The notes: a model not told the origin generated them from the letters alone. Positions 7,403 through 17,902 are shown, counted from the first letter of the stretch. The stretch: 64,000 bases of DNA from an uncultured bacterium (GCA_965368975.1 CBDUPA010000017.1:86325-150324); one strand, 5' to 3'. A program made the numbers and translations.

Positions 7403-9970
7403 TCACCATGCCTGGCTGCAAGCTCCCCAACCTTCGGGCAACCACTCCTCCGATGCCTGTCCACCGATCGGGGATCCCGGCGGCGCTGGCAGGGCGGTCG
7501 GTGGAGCGACGGTGGCCGTGGGCAGGCGTTCGAAGAAGCGTTCGATGACGCCGGAGAGGGTGGCGCGGTGGGCTTCGTCCACGGCGCCGAAGGCAGCGAC
7601 ACGTCCCAGCCGCTCGAGAATCTCCGACAGCGCTTGCTCAGCGCGGGCGCGTACGGCGGGTGCGGCGGTGGCATCGTCAGCGAGGTGAATCAGGTGGTGC
7701 GTGGCAACGACCTGGATGGTACGTTGGATTTCCTGCAACCGTGGCGTCAAGGGGGCGTGCTGGTGACTTGAGCTGCTCTGGCCGTCGTCGTGCGCGCCGT
7801 CCGGGAAGAGGGTGTGCAGGAGTTCTTCGAGCACCTCCTCGAAGCCGGGTAGGTTGGCATCCCGGCGGTGGAAGTCGACCAGGCGGGCGGCCCGCTGCGG
7901 CTGCAAGAGTTCGTGGAGCGTCAGCTCCGTGGCTGTCGCGGCGGCGGCGAGCGGGTCGAAGACGGGGGTGGTGTGACCGTTGAACAACTCTCGGTTCGGG
8001 TTGAAGTTGGCTGGGCGCGGTAGTAGCAGGGCCAGGACGTCATCGCTCAGGTCGAGTTCCACCGGGTCGAGCGTCCTGAGCAAGAGAGCGAGCGCGCGCC
8101 TCTGCTGGGCGGGGTCGACCGGCTTTGCGGGCGGCAGGTCGTCGCCGCGCAGGGTATAGCGGAAGTCGAGGCCACCCAGGGATTTGGCGGTAGCGGCGAG
8201 CTGATAGCGGTGGTGGAAGTAGACCGGAGCCAGCACTTCCTGCAGCAGCGACAGCGGCTGACCTTCGGCGATGCGATCGGCGCCGAAGCGATCAAGAGCC
8301 AGGCGGCGTACCCGCAGCGCGTGTTCCAGCTCGGCGACGGTGTCGCTGCCGTTGTCCCATAGACTGCCGAGCGGATGCGCGGCGTAGGCCGGGCGCGCGT
8401 CCTGGTCGGCGACGAAGAGCAGGCCGCGTTGCTGGTTCTCGGCCAGGATCTTGGCCAGGCCCGCTGCTTCGTCCTCGGAGTCGAAGGCGGTGTAGCTGTA
8501 GCGGACCGCCTGTACGTCCCAGGCACCGAGGCCGACGCCGTACGCCTCGGAGAGGTCGAAGTCGCCGTCCGCCGTGATCTTGACCAGCGGTGCTGGGTAG
8601 TCGAGCACCGAGCCGCGACCGTAGGTGCTGGCGGCGAAGTTGTGGTCGAGGCCGAGCGCGTGGCCGACCTCGTGCGCGGCGAGCTGGCGGATGCGCGCCA
8701 GGGCGGCTTCGATCGGATCGTTGGGACCGCCTTGGCCGGTCGCATCGGCACCGACCAGACCTTCGAACAGCAGCCGATCCTGACGTACGCGCAGTGAACC
8801 CAGGTTGACGTGGCCCTTGACCATCTCACCGGTGCGCGGGTCGACCACGCCGCCGCCGTACGACCAGCCGCGCGTCGAGCGATGCACCCACTGGATAACG
8901 TTGTAGCGCACGTCGAGCGGGTGGACGTCGGCGGGCAGCATCTCGACCCGGTAGCCGTTCGGGAAGCCCGCCGCCTTGAATGCCTCGGTCCACCAGCTGG
9001 CGCCCTCGAAGAGGGCCGAGCGCACCGGTTCCGGCGTGCCCGGGTCGAGGTAGAAGATGATCGGCTCGTCCTTGCTCAGCCGGTGACGGATCACCAGGCG
9101 CCGTTCGATCGAGTCGGCGAGCGGCGCGCTGTAGTCGCTGTAGCGCACATCCGAGGCGCCGCTGCGCGGGTGCCACGCACGCGGTCGGAAGCCGTCGGCA
9201 TCGGGCAGGCGCACGAAGCTGTGATGCTGCACCAGGGTGAAGCTGTTCGAGTCGGGCACCGTCTGCCGCACGTGGACGCCCGGTTCGCCGCCTTGGAGGC
9301 CGTAGGTGAGCACCACGTCGAGTTCCAGGTTGTCGGGGAAGGCGAGCAGATGGTCGAAGTCGACCACGCTGCGGCCAGCGTCGAGCGCGTAGTTGCCGTG
9401 ACCACCGGCCTTTAGTTTCCGGCTGATGCCATGGGCGTCGCGCAGCAGGAAGGAGGTTACGTCGACCAACAGCCTGCCATCCTCGGCACGCGCTTCGATT
9501 GGCCCGGCCCACAGCACCGATGGGGCGAACGACTCGCGCACCGCCTGCTGCTCGAGCGCGTTGTCGCTGCTGGCGCGGAAGCGCAGGTTGGGCTGCTCGA
9601 TCAGCAGCTTGCCGCCGACGTGGCGCAGCCGCAGGATCACCGCCGAGCTGATCTGGCCGCGGTCGAAGCCCACGGGGTTCGAGCCAAGTCCGGCGACCAG
9701 CCCCTCGGCATAGAGGAGCTCCGCCACCTGGCCATCCTCGCCGGGCGCCGGTAGCTCGAAGAAGACCTTGCCGGCCTCGGCGTCGAGATGCATCGGGAAC
9801 AGACCGTCGCGTAACTGCAGGCCGGCGATCCGCTGCTCGAAGGTTGGAGGATCGTCCTTCGCGGGAGCTTCCGGAGTGGCAGGTTGGCCCAGAAGCAGAT
9901 TGGGGAAGATGAGGCAAAATGCGAGCAGGCAGAACACGCAGGTTTGGGGAAGGCGGGTCGTCGGCGTCAT
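7403..9970 (-). CDS. Secreted zinc-dependent metalloprotease (DUF5117/DUF4953, EcxA-like)
   Basis: Signal peptide; DPRTGE; AHEVGHALGLDHNFAAS; SVLDYP turn. Confidence 0.88.
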   Translation of the reverse strand: MTPTTRLPQTCVFCLLAFCLIFPNLLLGQPATPEAPAKDDPPTFEQRIAGLQLRDGLFPMHLDAEAGKVFFELPAPGEDGQVAELLYAEGLVAGLGSNPVGFDRGQISSAVILRLRHVGGKLLIEQPNLRFRASSDNALEQQAVRESFAPSVLWAGPIEARAEDGRLLVDVTSFLLRDAHGISRKLKAGGHGNYALDAGRSVVDFDHLLAFPDNLELDVVLTYGLQGGEPGVHVRQTVPDSNSFTLVQHHSFVRLPDADGFRPRAWHPRSGASDVRYSDYSAPLADSIERRLVIRHRLSKDEPIIFYLDPGTPEPVRSALFEGASWWTEAFKAAGFPNGYRVEMLPADVHPLDVRYNVIQWVHRSTRGWSYGGGVVDPRTGEMVKGHVNLGSLRVRQDRLLFEGLVGADATGQGGPNDPIEAALARIRQLAAHEVGHALGLDHNFAASTYGRGSVLDYPAPLVKITADGDFDLSEAYGVGLGAWDVQAVRYSYTAFDSEDEAAGLAKILAENQQRGLLFVADQDARPAYAAHPLGSLWDNGSDTVAELEHALRVRRLALDRFGADRIAEGQPLSLLQEVLAPVYFHHRYQLAATAKSLGGLDFRYTLRGDDLPPAKPVDPAQQRRALALLLRTLDPVELDLSDDVLALLLPRPANFNPNRELFNGHTTPVFDPLAAAATATELTLHELLQPQRAARLVDFHRRDANLPGFEEVLEELLHTLFPDGAHDDGQSSSSHQHAPLTPRLQEIQRTIQVVATHHLIHLADDATAAPAVRARAEQALSEILERLGRVAAFGAVDEAHRATLSGVIERFFERLPTATVAPPTALPAPPGSPIGGQASEEWLPEGWGACSQAW

Positions 9971-10200
9971 GACGGGATCTCCTCCGAGGCTTCAAGTCTG
10001 GGCGCCACGCGGGATGGTGGCGGAAGGTCGAGAGCGGGATGCTATCGCATCTTGAGGCGGCTTAGTTTTCGGTGAATATTTAAATTGAAATATCTGCATC
10101 CGGATCTTGACGATATCGATACTGGTTTGCGCGTTGAATGGCATGAAGACGCTGTGGCTGATGCCAACAGCAGAGAACAACCAACCTTTGGAGACTCGAA

Positions 10201-10986
10201 ATGAGATCTATCTCGATGGGTGCGATGGCGATCCTGGTGGTCCTTCTTGCCGGGGCCTTGGCGCTTGCGGGCGCGATGCCTGCCGGCGCCACTACGCTGC
10301 TGCGGATGAATGCGGGGAATCTGATGGACTCGGCGGAGCTGATCTTCGTCGGCGAAGTCCTGGACGTGAGCTCGGTGCCGGTTGCGGACGGCTCCTATGC
10401 CTTCACCTTTGTGACTTTCGACGTCAGCGAGACGCTGAAGGGAGAGATCGACGGGACGCAGTTGGCGCTGCGCTTCGATGGTGGTCAGGTCGGCGACCGG
10501 GTCATCGAGTACGAGGGCATGCCGACCTTCCAGCCTGGGCAGCAGGTACTGCTGTTCGTCGAGGGCAACGGCAAGGTCGGGTGCCCGGTTCTGGGCTGGT
10601 GGCAGGGGCGCCTCGACTTCGTGTCCGGTCCAGACAGCTCGGTGCTGGTGGATTCCTTCGGTGGAATTGTCACCGGAGTGGCGGATGGTGAATGGCTGCG
10701 AGTCGCTCCTGAGGAACTGCTGGAGCGTCAGCGTTCACCTCGGAGCGAGCCGAGCGTCGAAGTGCTTTGGACCGACGGCGTGGAGATCGAAGCTCCGGCC
10801 GAGGACGCTGTGCGTCAGGCGCGCTTGGCGGATTCGGTGGAGGTGCTGGAGGCGCTGCGTACGCAGCTGCGCGCCCGCCGCACGGAGAAGAGCTTCCAGC
10901 GCGGCGTGCGGGTCGAGTCGGCATACACCGACGAGATTCCCGCGACCGTCGAGTTCCGACCCACGACCGCGCCGGTGGCGCAGTGA
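10201..10986 (+). CDS. Secreted protein resembling the OB/TIMP-like module often found N-terminal to matrixin domains
   Basis: Signal peptide; LIFVGEV...TFVTFDVSETLKG...GGQVG...GMPTFQPGQQVLLF...QGRL pattern; immediately upstream of the matrixin gene. Confidence 0.65.
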   Translation: MRSISMGAMAILVVLLAGALALAGAMPAGATTLLRMNAGNLMDSAELIFVGEVLDVSSVPVADGSYAFTFVTFDVSETLKGEIDGTQLALRFDGGQVGDRVIEYEGMPTFQPGQQVLLFVEGNGKVGCPVLGWWQGRLDFVSGPDSSVLVDSFGGIVTGVADGEWLRVAPEELLERQRSPRSEPSVEVLWTDGVEIEAPAEDAVRQARLADSVEVLEALRTQLRARRTEKSFQRGVRVESAYTDEIPATVEFRPTTAPVAQ

Positions 10987-11015
10987 TGCTGGGTTTCCCA
11001 GCAAAGGAGTTAGCC

Positions 11016-12428
11016 ATGAAAGCTCGTATTCTGCCTCTGGCTCTCGTCATCACATTCGGTTTGGTTGTCGCCGCGCCGGTCCAGGCCTATGACTGGCCGA
11101 CTTGCAGCGGCAACAAGAGAGTGTGGAATGACGGAGACAACATCACCTATCGTCCCTTTTCGGTTTCGTTCCCATCCGGATCTGGATCGCGCGCCGCGTT
11201 GGAAGCGGCTCGCTCAGCTTGGAACAGTGCTCCCAACACTGAATTCAATTTCAACTTCAGCTATCTCAGCAGCGGGTCGTCCGGCTGGACCAACGACCGT
11301 AATGAGATCCTCTATACCTCGGACTACAGCTGGGGCAACTGTGTTCTGGCAGTGGAACGTACGGACTACAAGAGCTGCATCTGGCCCTTCTGGGGAGGAA
11401 AAATCAAAGAATCGGATATCTACTTCAGGACTAATCCCGTCTGCGGAACTACATCGCTGTCCTGGAATACGTCGACCACGCCGAATGATCCGACTTCTTT
11501 GGATACGAACATCAGCCTGGCACTCGTCGCGGTCCACGAGATGGGCCATTCGCTGGGCCTCAGCCACGAGGATGACGTCGTGGCGACGATGAACTCCGTC
11601 TACCCGAACAGTGGCGTTGTCAGCAACAACAACTTGGTGCAGCCGCACGCCGATGATGTACTGGGTAATCGGGCCGGCTATGGAACCACGGGTTCCACGC
11701 GGGATCTGATCGCTAGCTTCTACCGCCGAACGACGGCCGGCAACTCGGGCTTCATTACTCCGCCTGGCACGGTGAATCGCAATACACCGACCTCGGTGCA
11801 GTTCACCATCGCCAATCGAGGCAAGATCAACGAGACCTCGGTGGGCGTGAAGTTCTATCTTTCCACCGATCGCACGATCACTTCTGCCGATCACCTAGTG
11901 GGCTCAGCGGGCTTTTCGATCAACGCTGGCACGACCTACACTGGTTCGGTCAGCTTGAACATCCCGTTCGGCACGATTCCGTCCGGCAACTACCATTTCG
12001 GCTGGATCGTCGATCCGGAGAATTACATTGCAGAAGGTTCGTTCGAGAACAACAATGTGGCGAGTTTGCCTGCAACGTTGTTCCTGTCCAACCTACAGCC
12101 GCCGAACGCCTGCTTCACCCTCAATACCACCTTTGGCGAAGCGCCCTTGTGGGTGAACGCCAATGCCTCGTGTAGCTCGGACGATGGCACCATCACTAGC
12201 TATACGTGGACCTGGGGAGACGGCACCACTGGTTCGGGCTCTTCGGTGTGGCATACGTACAACAACGCTGGCTACTACACGGTCACGTTGACGGTGCGTG
12301 ACAACAACAACCTGACGGACTCGACGACGAAGTTCGTTCAGGTGACTGCTCCGTGTGGACCGCTGGGGATCAGCGGCGAGGCGGGTTCCGACAAGCTCAA
12401 GGAGCCTTGTCTGATCCCATTCGAGTAG
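11016..12428 (+). CDS. Secreted matrixin (M10-like) metalloprotease with CARDB-like and PKD domains
   Basis: AAGGAG RBS, ATG 11016, signal peptide; HEMGHSLGLSH and Met-turn ATMNS; FYLSTD...VDPENYIAE..ENNN (CARDB); YTWTWGDG...HTY...GYYTVTLTV (PKD). Confidence 0.88.
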   Translation: MKARILPLALVITFGLVVAAPVQAYDWPTCSGNKRVWNDGDNITYRPFSVSFPSGSGSRAALEAARSAWNSAPNTEFNFNFSYLSSGSSGWTNDRNEILYTSDYSWGNCVLAVERTDYKSCIWPFWGGKIKESDIYFRTNPVCGTTSLSWNTSTTPNDPTSLDTNISLALVAVHEMGHSLGLSHEDDVVATMNSVYPNSGVVSNNNLVQPHADDVLGNRAGYGTTGSTRDLIASFYRRTTAGNSGFITPPGTVNRNTPTSVQFTIANRGKINETSVGVKFYLSTDRTITSADHLVGSAGFSINAGTTYTGSVSLNIPFGTIPSGNYHFGWIVDPENYIAEGSFENNNVASLPATLFLSNLQPPNACFTLNTTFGEAPLWVNANASCSSDDGTITSYTWTWGDGTTGSGSSVWHTYNNAGYYTVTLTVRDNNNLTDSTTKFVQVTAPCGPLGISGEAGSDKLKEPCLIPFE

Positions 12429-12486
12429 GCCCCCCGTGGCCCGGAGTCCTCGTGGTTCCGGGCCACTTTGTGGAATCTTGCAGGAT

Positions 12487-13632
12487 TCAAGCCCGGGTGG
12501 CTCTTGACTGCAGCGCCGCGATGCCGTACGCCGCCGCCATCAACACCAACAGTCCCGACGCGGCAGCATACGCCCCGGAGGTACCCCAACGCTCGATGAT
12601 CGGGAAGCCGGCGATCGGTGAGACGAACTGCCCCAGGAAGATGGCGGTAGTCAAACCGCCGAGGACACGCCCGCGCAAGGAAGCCGGCGCGGCGGCGGTG
12701 GCCCACAGGTTGACGTTGGGGATGCACAGTCCCATGCCGACGCCCGCGACGGCGAGAGCGACGAGTACTGCCTGGTAGGTCTCGGCGGCGGCCAGCAAGC
12801 CATAGCCAGCGGCCATGAAGACGAAGGCGAAGGCGAAGAGGGCAGCGAAGTCGAAGCGTCGGCGCAGGCGGCCGTAGGCGAGGGAGCCGAAGGCCGAGAC
12901 CAGCGTGAAGCCGGCCATCGCCAGGCCCGCGCGGCTGCTGCTCGGGATGCCGAGGTCGAGCAGGTGAAAGGGCAACTGGACCGGCACTAGGTAGAAGACC
13001 ACCATGCCCAGGAAGGCGACCAGGTAGAGAGAGCCGAGGAGGCGGCGGGGCAGAGCGGCGAGATCGTCGGCGCTGGTGGTCGAGGTGGTGAGGCGGCCGG
13101 GTTCGGTGATGAAGAGCAGCATCAAGGGCAGCAGGAGCAGAGAGAAGAGATAAATGCTGAACGGCACACGCCAGCCGATGTCAGCGAGGATGCCGCTCAT
13201 CCCGAGGAAGGTGACGCCGCCCAGGCCGGTGAAGGCGCCTTGACGCCCCATCATCTCGGAACGTTGATCACCTTCGTAGTAGTCGCCGATCAGTGCCGTC
13301 ACCGTCGTCAGCACGGTGCCGACCGCCACGCCCAGGAAGGCGCGGCTGACCAGCAGCCATGGCAACGAGCTGAGCAGCCCGCCACCGGCTCCGGCGATGC
13401 CGTAGAGCAGCGTCGCGGCGAGCAGCACACGCCGACGACCGTAGCGGTCGATCGCCCAGCCGGCGATCGGGGACCCCAGGGCGGTGAACAGCGCCGGGAT
13501 CGTCAGCACCAGCTTGATCCAGATGTCGGACGCGTCGCTGTAGAAGGCGGCGATCTTGGGCAGCGCCGGCGCCAGCGCCGCGCCGGCCATGACGGTCAGA
13601 GTGCTGGCGAGCAGGAGGGTGAGTTGTTTCAA
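12487..13632 (-). CDS. MFS transporter
   Basis: About 12 hydrophobic segments; motif A GWAIDRYGRR. Confidence 0.9.
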   Translation of the reverse strand: MKQLTLLLASTLTVMAGAALAPALPKIAAFYSDASDIWIKLVLTIPALFTALGSPIAGWAIDRYGRRRVLLAATLLYGIAGAGGGLLSSLPWLLVSRAFLGVAVGTVLTTVTALIGDYYEGDQRSEMMGRQGAFTGLGGVTFLGMSGILADIGWRVPFSIYLFSLLLLPLMLLFITEPGRLTTSTTSADDLAALPRRLLGSLYLVAFLGMVVFYLVPVQLPFHLLDLGIPSSSRAGLAMAGFTLVSAFGSLAYGRLRRRFDFAALFAFAFVFMAAGYGLLAAAETYQAVLVALAVAGVGMGLCIPNVNLWATAAAPASLRGRVLGGLTTAIFLGQFVSPIAGFPIIERWGTSGAYAAASGLLVLMAAAYGIAALQSRATRA

Positions 13633-13637
13633 GGGAG

Positions 13638-14039
13638 TCAGGCGGTCCAGTCCTCGATTTCGAGTTCCGGTACACGGCTGAATTCGGAGGTGTTGTGGGT
13701 CACGAGAGTCTGGCCGTGGGCGCGAGCGATGGCCGCGATCATCAAGTCATTGGGGCCGATCAGCGTGCCGCTCTTGGAGAGGTGAGCCTTGATCGAGCCG
13801 TACTCGTCGGCGCTGGCTGGATCGAAAGGAAGGATTTCGAATCTGGATGTGAAGGTGCGGACCTTCTCGAGTGTGCGTGCCGGGATTTGACTCTTGTACG
13901 CACCGTAGAGCAACTCCGCGAGGACGACAGTGCGGAGGGTCACGTCCTCGGGGCGGACGAGTTCCAGGCGTTGACGAATCTGCTCAGAACGTCCGTTGAG
14001 GTAATAGATGCAGGTGTTTGTGTCGAGCAGGTAGGTCAC
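13638..14039 (-). CDS. vapC: VapC PIN-domain toxin
   Basis: YLLDTNTCI, ELLYGA, IGPNDLMIAAIA, LVTHNTSEFSRV; GTG start overlaps the antitoxin stop (GTGA). Confidence 0.9.
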   Translation of the reverse strand: MTYLLDTNTCIYYLNGRSEQIRQRLELVRPEDVTLRTVVLAELLYGAYKSQIPARTLEKVRTFTSRFEILPFDPASADEYGSIKAHLSKSGTLIGPNDLMIAAIARAHGQTLVTHNTSEFSRVPELEIEDWTA

Positions 14040-14266
14040 TGCAGGGACTCGCGTACCTCGAACGTTCCTTGATCGCCCCGCTCGATCGGAGTTTGAGCCA
14101 GACACCCGTAGGTGTTCGCAATGAAGGCCTGCCAAGTCTCATCACTCTGCCTCGCATGCCGGGTGAGCGCAGCCGGTTGCTCCAGCGCGACAATGATGCG
14201 GTACAGCACGGACAAGTCCTCGTCGCGCACCTTCTCGATCTCGGTCTTGAGTAGTTCTCGTGTCAC
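14036..14266 (-). CDS. Putative cognate antitoxin (76 aa)
   Basis: Small ORF VTRELLKTEIEKV...FIANTYGCLAQTPIERGDQGTFEVRESLQ translationally coupled to vapC. Confidence 0.7.
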   Translation of the reverse strand: MTRELLKTEIEKVRDEDLSVLYRIIVALEQPAALTRHARQSDETWQAFIANTYGCLAQTPIERGDQGTFEVRESLQ

Positions 14267-14326
14267 GATTGCTGGATCCTCCGTCTGGTCGCCGAGTTTA
14301 CACCCTGACGGTACAATACCTACGCT

Positions 14327-17300
14327 ATGAACCGACACCTGCTTCTCACCACGACGCTCGCCTTGTTCCTTCTCACCCCCTGTCTCCACGCCGAGATTCC
14401 GGCGCAGGCGCTGCAAGCGCGCAACCTGGGGTTGGCGCATCTGGAGAACGAACAGCCACAGAAGGCCGAAGAGGTCTACCGAGGGTTGATCGAACAGCTG
14501 CCGGGCGATCCGCTCGGCCATGCCAACCTGGCGATCGCGTTGCTGCGGCAGCAGAAGAACGAGGAAGCGTTGCAGCGTATCGACGCGGCCTTGAAGCTGG
14601 CGCCTGGACGCGCGGACCTGCTGACCATTCGCGGAGACGTGCTGCAGTGGTCGGGCGAGCCGCAGGAAGCCCTGACCTTCTACCGCCAGGCTGCGACGGC
14701 GGCGCCGGAGGACCCGCAGATCCAGTACGCGCTGTACCGTCATGCGACGACGCTGGAAGGCGATACCGCGACCGCGGCGGCGCGGGAAGCGCTGGAGCGA
14801 CTGGCGCGCCTGCGACCGGAGAACGTGGTCGTGCAACTGGCTCTGGGGCGGCAGGCGATCGAGAGCGGGGATCGGGCGGCGGCGTCGCGCGTCTACCTGC
14901 GGCTCGACGAGCTGATGTGGCAGAGCCCGATCGGCCAGAAGGCGATGGAGCGTGTCATGGCACCGCTACGGGACGGTGACCTCGCCAAGGCGCGCACGCC
15001 GGCGTTGCGTTTGGAGAACGTGCTCAAGGTGGCACCGATGTTCCGCGAGAGTCTGCGCGAGCTGAACGAGGGAATCCAGGGTGTGCCCGTCGATCGCTTC
15101 GTGGGTGAACCGCCGCCGACCGACTTCGGCTCGCCGGTGCCGGTGACCTTCCAGGGCCGGTACCTCGACACCGCCGCGACCCTCGGTCGGGGGCTCGATC
15201 GCGGTGATCTCGACGGCGATGGACAACCGGACGTGGTGTACCTGAGCGATGCGGGCCTGACGGTGCGCTTCTCGATGCAGGAGGGCGGCGCCGCAGCCGA
15301 CGGGAACTCTTGGAATGTGCCGATCGACGGTGCACAGCTCGACCTCGGCCTCAGCGGCGTGCGCGTCGTCGATCTTGACAATGATGGTCATCTCGACGTG
15401 CTGGTGTATGGCTTGGGTCAGCTGCGCTACTGGCGCGGTGACGGCAAGGGTGCCCTGGTCGACGCGACGTCCGAGTGGATTCCCTCCACGGCCCGCGGTG
15501 GCGAGGTGTTGGAAGTGTTCGACTTCGACATCGACGGCGACCTCGACCTGGTCTTGGCGTCCGAGGTGTCGCTGGCGCGAGGAACTCGCGAGGTTCGGCC
15601 GGTTCGTTTGCTGGTCAACAGCCTGCTGCCGCCCTTGACCCCTGCGCCTCCAGAAACCCTGCCTTTCCTGTCGTCCCAGCAGGGTTCCGTTCTCGACCTG
15701 CTGGTGCAGGACTTCGACCGTGACGGGGACCAGGATCTGGCGGTGGCTCATGCCGAGGGGGTTGCCTGGTTCGACAACCTGCGTCAAGGCCGCTTCGCCG
15801 ATCGCACGGCGGCCGCCGGTCTGGATGCGGCCGGCAACCGCAGCATCCGGACCTTGGCCGCGGGTGACCTGGACAACGATGGCTACCCCGAGTTGATCGC
15901 TGCTGGTGAGCGTCTCGAGATCTGGCACAACGATCGCGAGGGTGTTTTCACGCCGGCTCGCATCACGGGGCTGGCGACTGCGGAGCGTGGTCGCCTGACC
16001 GCCGTGACCGTCTTCGACGCCGACAACGACGGTCGTCTGGACCTGGCTGTCGGCGCTGTGCAAGGTGTCTCGATCTACACACAGAAGGCCACTGCAGCGG
16101 CCGGTGGTTTCACCTTTGAAGCCAAAGACCTGGTCGGCCTGCCCGCCGCGCCGGTCTTTCGGCTCCGGGCCGCTGACCTCGACGCCGATGGGGATCTCGA
16201 CCTGCTCGCCGCCGGTGCCGGCGGGCTGGCCCGCTTGACCAACGACGGTGGCAATGCCAACCAGTGGTTGCAGGTGCGCCTGCGCGGCCTGGACCAGGGC
16301 AACTCGAAGAACAACTTGCTCGGCCTCGGCTCGATCATCGAGGTGCGCGTCGGCGCCGCCTACCAGTACCGCGAGGCCGGCAGCGACGTGACCCACTTCG
16401 GCCTTGGTCGCGGCCGGCCCGCCTACCTGCTGCGCGTCGTGTGGACCAATGGCGTGCCGCAGCAGCGCCTCGGCACCTGGCAGGACCAGCGCATCGTCGA
16501 GGAACAGGTGCTCAAGGGCAGTTGCCCCTTTCTCTACGCCTGGGACGGCGAGCGCTTCGCCTTCGTCACCGACCTGCTGTGGGGCGCGCCGATTGGTTTG
16601 CCCGTCGCACCGGGACGCTGGGCGTCGGCCGATCCGTCCGAACTGGTGCGCGTCGACGGAGCGCGTCCGGACGAACGGGGACGCTACCGCTTGCGCGTCA
16701 CCGAGGAGCTGTGGGAGGCTGCCTTCTTCGATCACCTCCGCCTGTGGGTGGTCGACCACCCGGCCAGCGTCGAGGTGGCGAGCAATTTGCGCATCCGCCC
16801 CGGTGTCAGCGACGGTGAACGCGTGCTGGCGGCGCGCGACTTGCGTCCAGTTGCCCAGGCTTGGGACGGCAGCGGCCGCGACGTCACCGAGCTGGTGCGC
16901 GAGCGCGACGAGGTCTACGCCGACGGCTTCGAGGCCAGCGCCTACCAGGGCATCGCCCGCCGTCCGTGGACGTTCACCTTCGAACTGGCCTCCGAAGGTG
17001 ACGCCGTCCCGGCCGGTCCCGTCCGCCTGTGGCTCGACGGCTGGATCTTCCCCAGCGACGCCAGCCTCAACCTCGCCGTCGCCCAGCGGGACGACCGGGA
17101 TTGGACGCCGCCGCGTCTCGAAGCCCTGACCGACGCCGGCTGGGTCGAGCTGATGCCGGCCTTTGGTCCCGACTCCTTCGGCTTCCCGGCCGGCAAGACG
17201 AAGACCTTGGTGGTGGACACGCCGCCGTTGCCCGCGGGCACAGGCCAGCTACGCCTGGTCACCACGCAGTGGTTGAGCTGGGATCAAGTCCGGTGGATGC

Positions 17301-17902
17301 CGCTGACTGCAGATCCTGTGGATATGGTGCCGCGTGTGCAAGCCCAGCTGCTTCCAGAAGTGGCCGACTCACGTTTCCGGGGTTTCTCGCGCCTCGTGCG
17401 TCAGGCTCCCAACGCACCGCACGTCTACGACTACCATGCCGTCTCGACGGAATCGCCGTGGTTGCCCTTCCCCGGCCGCTACAGCCGTCATGGCGACGTG
17501 CGCGAGTTGCTGGCGACCGCTGACGACCGCTCCGTGATCCTCGGTCCCGGCGACGAGATCGATCTGGTCTTCGATGCTTCGAATCTCGCATCGCCACCGT
17601 CCGGCTGGACGCGCACCGTCTTCCTCGAAAGCCATGGCTGGGACAAGGACGCCGACCGCAACACCGGAGAAGCCCAGCAGGTCGAGCCGCTGCCGTTCCG
17701 TGCCATGAGCGGGTATCCCTACGGTGCTGACGAGGGATTCCCTTCGACCCCCGAACTCGACGCGTATCGTCGAGATTGGCTGACCCGCGTCGTCGAGCCG
17801 GTGCCAGGGATTGCGGCCAACGACTGGGATGTGGTGGCGAGCGAGTTGTCGGCAACGCCGGGAGAATCCGAAGCCCGTGAGGTTGCCGATGGCCAGCGGT
17901 AG
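14327..17902 (+). CDS. Secreted TPR + FG-GAP/VCBS repeat + ASPIC/UnbV (CRTAC1-like) protein
   Basis: Signal peptide, TPRs, multiple DxDxDGxxDL loops, HFGLG, LKGSCPFLYAWDG C-terminal domain. Confidence 0.85.
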   Translation: MNRHLLLTTTLALFLLTPCLHAEIPAQALQARNLGLAHLENEQPQKAEEVYRGLIEQLPGDPLGHANLAIALLRQQKNEEALQRIDAALKLAPGRADLLTIRGDVLQWSGEPQEALTFYRQAATAAPEDPQIQYALYRHATTLEGDTATAAAREALERLARLRPENVVVQLALGRQAIESGDRAAASRVYLRLDELMWQSPIGQKAMERVMAPLRDGDLAKARTPALRLENVLKVAPMFRESLRELNEGIQGVPVDRFVGEPPPTDFGSPVPVTFQGRYLDTAATLGRGLDRGDLDGDGQPDVVYLSDAGLTVRFSMQEGGAAADGNSWNVPIDGAQLDLGLSGVRVVDLDNDGHLDVLVYGLGQLRYWRGDGKGALVDATSEWIPSTARGGEVLEVFDFDIDGDLDLVLASEVSLARGTREVRPVRLLVNSLLPPLTPAPPETLPFLSSQQGSVLDLLVQDFDRDGDQDLAVAHAEGVAWFDNLRQGRFADRTAAAGLDAAGNRSIRTLAAGDLDNDGYPELIAAGERLEIWHNDREGVFTPARITGLATAERGRLTAVTVFDADNDGRLDLAVGAVQGVSIYTQKATAAAGGFTFEAKDLVGLPAAPVFRLRAADLDADGDLDLLAAGAGGLARLTNDGGNANQWLQVRLRGLDQGNSKNNLLGLGSIIEVRVGAAYQYREAGSDVTHFGLGRGRPAYLLRVVWTNGVPQQRLGTWQDQRIVEEQVLKGSCPFLYAWDGERFAFVTDLLWGAPIGLPVAPGRWASADPSELVRVDGARPDERGRYRLRVTEELWEAAFFDHLRLWVVDHPASVEVASNLRIRPGVSDGERVLAARDLRPVAQAWDGSGRDVTELVRERDEVYADGFEASAYQGIARRPWTFTFELASEGDAVPAGPVRLWLDGWIFPSDASLNLAVAQRDDRDWTPPRLEALTDAGWVELMPAFGPDSFGFPAGKTKTLVVDTPPLPAGTGQLRLVTTQWLSWDQVRWMPLTADPVDMVPRVQAQLLPEVADSRFRGFSRLVRQAPNAPHVYDYHAVSTESPWLPFPGRYSRHGDVRELLATADDRSVILGPGDEIDLVFDASNLASPPSGWTRTVFLESHGWDKDADRNTGEAQQVEPLPFRAMSGYPYGADEGFPSTPELDAYRRDWLTRVVEPVPGIAANDWDVVASELSATPGESEAREVADGQR

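Noticed and set aside
10767-11015. N-terminal extension of the matrixin ORF (553 aa)
   Set aside because: It overlaps the upstream gene; the RBS and signal peptide indicate ATG 11016.
14267-14836. 266-aa minus-strand ORF
   Set aside because: Only the last 76 codons look real (antitoxin); the rest is antisense to the TPR/FG-GAP gene.
14966-16759. 597-aa minus-strand ORF and similar long antisense ORFs elsewhere
   Set aside because: Typical high-GC antisense shadows of well-supported genes, with no recognisable motifs.
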